A stretch of DNA of 63,737 nt, the filler included, from Guillardia theta CCMP2712 (taxonomy: Eukaryota > Protista > Cryptophyta), in assembly GCF_000315625.1 (NCBI RefSeq). It is 5 parts of 5 records of this genome, joined end to end, with 100 filler letters (N's around TTAATTAATTAA, not from the genome) between each part and the next. Parts side by side here need not be neighbours in the genome. Positions count along the whole stretch, not along the records: positions 59,867 to 62,212 come from NW_005434627.1; positions 62,313 to 63,737 come from NW_005434035.1; 3 more parts are not named here. One strand, written 5' to 3'. The position numbers and the translations under genes are program-made. This document shows, piece after piece, positions 60,159-63,737 of the stretch. Positions within the stretch are counted from its first letter, which is position 1. Every line of letters starts with the position of its first letter. The notes beneath the pieces were generated by a model that did not search any database, was not told the DNA's origin, and saw only the letters and a program-made list of their open reading frames with translations.

Positions 60159-62157
60159 TGATGTTTCAATTCGGCCGCAAGAGCAGAATCTGTTTCCTGC
60201 AATCAGCATCATTCAGACACCCTCCTCCAACTCCTCCGCCACCATCTCCTCCTCTTAGTCCTTCTCCTCCCGTCTGTCTCTCCTCCTCTCCCTCCCCCTA
60301 TCCTCCTCCTCACCGTCCTATCCTGCAGGCAGGACACCACGAGGCTCGCAGAGTGGAGGGAGTAGTGGTGCCAGCTCTCAGGGTTCTCAGGATCAGCATA
60401 CTGCGAGTAGATGTTGCTTCCTGTCTGTGACGAAGGAGGGAGAGGATTTTCAACATCCTTCCCCTCCTCCTTCCCTCCTCCCTTCCCGTTCTCCTTCCTC
60501 GTCTCCTTCCCGTTCTCCTTCTTCTTCTCCTCCCCCTCCTTCCCGTTCTCCTTCTTCTCCTCCCCATTCTTCTCCTCCCCCTCCTTCCCGTCTTCCATAC
60601 ACTCCTCAAACATTGGCTTGACCTGTTCCGCGCTGACTTCTCCCTCCTCCTTCTTCCCTCCTCCTTCTCCTCCTCCTCCTACGTCCCGTGCTGCCTGCCC
60701 GAGCACAAACATCCTCTGGAACGTCTCATGCAGGGAGGCGTCGAGGTGGATGCAGAGCACGTCCTTGCCGCGCTTGCGGAAGAATTCAGCGACTTCGAAC
60801 CCGGCCTCGTTGAATCCTAGGAGCACAACGTGTTGCTCCATCAGGAACGCCTCCTCCGCCTCCTCCTTCACCCTGCACCACTTGTCCAGGGGGTAGAGAA
60901 GGCAGCTGATCTTGCCGTAGATCTGATCGGCGAGGACGTGGCCGGAGGAGGAGAGGAGAAGCGTGATGAGGGTGCCGAGGGTTATGATCATGAAGATCTT
61001 CTCGTCGAAGACCCCGTAGCCCTTGGCGAGAGAGGCGATGATGAGCGAGAACTCTGAGACCTGATTGCATCCTGTCAGCTAAAGCTCCAACCCTCCTCCT
61101 CTCCTGTCCTTGCCTCTCCTCTTCTCTCCTATCCTCGCTCCTCCTTCTGTCGTCCCGTCGTCTTCTCCACTCCTGCCTCGCTACCGCCCTCTGTCTCCCT
61201 CCCCCTCCTTCTCAATCCTCACTTTCTCCCAGTTCTCCTCGTCTCTCCTCTCCTTCCTCCCCTCCCCTCCCCGACCTGGTTGATCGTATTTCCGATCAAG
61301 AACGCTGACCTCCCGTCCACTCCCGCCATCATCCCGCACAACCACATGAGCGACGGCAGCACAAACACCGTCAGCAGTGCGACCGCAACTGCCATGGGCG
61401 CTGCTTCCCGGAGTCCCTCAGGGGTCAGGTGGAGGTCGATGCCGAGGATGAAGAAGAAGAGAACGACTCCGAAGGCCTTGATCGGCTCTACCTTGGTCTC
61501 GATCTGAAGCCTGTAGGGCAGGGCGGCAACGCTGACGCCTGCATAGAAAGCTCCGATCTCCGCCAGCCCGAACTGAGAGCAGATGCCGGCGACGCCGAGG
61601 GCGTAGGCGAAGGTACCGATGAAGAGCATCTCGCCGTTGACGGCAAAGAGGCGGAAGAGAGGAGTGAGGACGAACTTGTTGAGGAAGATGAGGACGACCA
61701 TGATCGCGATGAGCTCGCCGATGATGACGCCGATGACTTGCCCGATGGGAGGAGGGTTCTCCACGGACTTGTCGAAGCCCGAGAGGATGGAAAGGGCGAG
61801 GACGGCAGTGATATCTTGCAGAACCATGAGACCAAGAATGATCTGCCCGTGCACTGATGGACAAGAATCAGCGTGCAAGACAAGAGAAACATGATGTTCA
61901 GACAACACAGACGCCACATCTCGACAACTCCGACCCCCAGCTCCACCCCAGCTCCCCACAAGTCAACAGCATCCTCACTTGTCTCCATCTCCCCGCGGCT
62001 CTTGAGTGCTCCCAGCACGAGGATGGTGGAGCTGAAGGTGCAGGCGAGGCCGAAGTAGACGGTCGCGACCGTGTCCTTGGTGGTTCCCGTCCCTGCTGCC
62101 AGCCCAGCAAAGACTGCGAAGTTGAGGGCGATCTGGCCGAACCCGTTGATGAGGACT
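60159..62157 (-). CDS. CPA2-family (KefB/KEA-like) K+/H+ antiporter with C-terminal TrkA-N/RCK domain; partial, both ends near gaps
   Basis: FSSTILVLGALKSRGEMET, HGQIILGLMVLQDITAV, GEMLF, EIGAFYAGV, VEPIKAFGVVLFFFILG, QVSEFSLIIA, HVVLLGFNEAGFEVA, YADPENPESW. Confidence 0.9.
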
Positions 62158-62329
62158 GGACAAGAGCCGATCGTGAGTGACTTGCAGTGTGGTTGGAGGT
62201 AGGGCGCGATGTNNNNNNNNNNNNNNNNNNNNNNNNNNNNNNNNNNNNNNNNNNNNTTAATTAATTAANNNNNNNNNNNNNNNNNNNNNNNNNNNNNNNN
62301 NNNNNNNNNNNNATGATGATGGAGTCAGC

Positions 62330-63480
62330 TTGAGCTGTGAGTACCGGGAAGTAGATTTCCTCACGAGTGATCTTGTCGTACAACCCAGGGGGTTGGGAGT
62401 CGAAGAAGGGAGGATACCTGCAGCTCTTCTCAGCTCCTCCCCCCAGCTGATGCTCAGCTCACCCGCAGAGCATCTCATGGATCAGAATCCCCAGCGACCA
62501 CCAGTCTGCCTCCTTGCCATGCCTGCGGAGCGAGACGACTTCTGGAGCCTGCGAGAGGAGGGGAGGTGGAAGAAACAGGAAGGAGCAGACAGTCAAAGAG
62601 TGCAAGATTAGGGGCAGGGCGAATAAGGAGGGGGAACGTCGAGGAGGCAGAGGAGGGAGAGGGGGAGGAGGAGGAGGAGGGAGAGGAGGAGGAGGAGGAG
62701 GAGGCAGAGGAGGAGGAGGGAGAGGAGGGAGAGGAGGAGGAGGGAGAGGAGGGAGAGGAGCAGCAGCAGCAGCAGGAGCAACATGAGGACAGAGGAAGAG
62801 GAGGAACCAGGTAATGTGGGGTAGTCTGTCTCCTGTCGTGCTGGTGGACAGGTCGCTCGGGAGGAGACTTGGCGAGTTTGCTGATCAAGGCAGGAGCTGC
62901 CCAGCTGTCAGAGAGGACGTCACAAGGTCGAGCAGACCCGGATGGCTCGTGACGGTCCAGTACTCGTGACGTTTGAGCCGCTCGCCGGTGAACTCGTTGC
63001 GGCCGTTGTTGGGCCTGTGAGAAGAGCAACGAGCAGAGAGCAGACAAGTATAGCACGAGAGAAGGAGAGAGGGAGGGAGGGAGAGGAGTGAAGAGAGAGG
63101 AGTGAGGGGACAGGTGTGAGGGGAACACGGAGAGTAAGACAGTTGAAAGCCAAGCAAGCAGATGGAGGGAAAGGAAGAAGGAAGCAAGGGTTATCGCTTG
63201 AGAGCATGTAACGATTGTTCACCTAGCAACTATTCCCTCAGCCTGCTGAAAGTCAGTCAGCTTGATGTATCCTCTGACGTCGACAAGGACCTGAAGCAGC
63301 AGTGTGAGCGAGAAATAAGAGTTATCAATGTAAGAGTGGAGGAATAGAAAGCAGCTCGTCCGCACTCACATTCTCAGGATTGAGGTTGCGGTAGAGAATG
63401 TCTCTGTTGTGCAGGTACATGAACGCAAGCACGATGCCTGCTGCATAGAACTTGGACTGCGACTCGGTAAAATGCCTGAA
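62330..63480 (-). CDS. PKA/PKG-like AGC-family kinase domain (pseudokinase-like), partial
   Basis: [34 protein letters not shown] | [15 protein letters not shown] | TTPHYL | [25 protein letters not shown] | YPPFFDSNPLGLYDKI. Confidence 0.85.
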
Positions 63481-63504
63481 CAGCAGCTCAGGACAATGCA
63501 GCAA

Positions 63505-63737
63505 GGAGAAGAGAAGAAGGGATGGAAGGAGGGGGAAGAGAGAAGGAGGGGAAGAGAGAAGGAGGGAGGAGGGAGGAGGGAGGAGGGAGGAGGGAGGAGG
63601 GAGGAGGGAGGAGGGAGGAGGGAGGAGGGAGGAGGGAGGAGGGAGGAGGGAGGAGGGAGGAGGGAGGAGGGAGGAGGGAGGAGGGAGGAGGGAGGAGGGA
63701 GGAGGGAGGAGGGAGGAGGGAGGAGGGAGGAGGGAGG
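63505..63737. repeat. Intronic (GGAGGGA)n polypurine satellite
   Basis: Direct reading of the sequence. Confidence 0.9.

Overview
Eukaryotic, gene-dense nuclear DNA from a draft assembly. It has many short GT-AG introns filled with GGA/CCT tracts, N-gaps with TTAATTAATTAA linkers, and TTTAGGG telomere-type repeats. These features plus a bipartite signal+Phe plastid leader suggest a secondary red-plastid alga, probably a cryptophyte such as Guillardia (inference). Host genes: plastid FabF/KASII, XRN-family exonuclease with an inserted dsRBD, GT10 fucosyltransferase, flavin amine oxidase with a Tudor insert, ataxin-7/Sgf73 with a ZZ finger, secreted EF-hand+thioredoxin, SHAQKYF-type MYB, ankyrin protein, redox-inactive thioredoxin-fold protein, SMC5, FYVE-ankyrin-PI4K, KefB/KEA K+/H+ antiporter and an AGC pseudokinase. 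Three accessory regions stand out. (1) A ~9-kb non-LTR retrotransposon encodes Ulp1 protease, APE, RT, dead RNase H, a CCHC finger and a restriction-like endonuclease (dual endonuclease, Dualen-like); its 5' end is studded with TTTAGGG tracts that seed tandem arrays. (2) A decayed CRE-like RLE retrotransposon has a scrambled 5' end. (3) A Cdc7-type kinase gene has its N-terminal 1.73 kb inverted between CCTT/AAGG microhomologies, so flipping it restores the frame, and it sits between ~1-kb palindrome-rich direct repeats. Exon boundaries were read by eye and are approximate.
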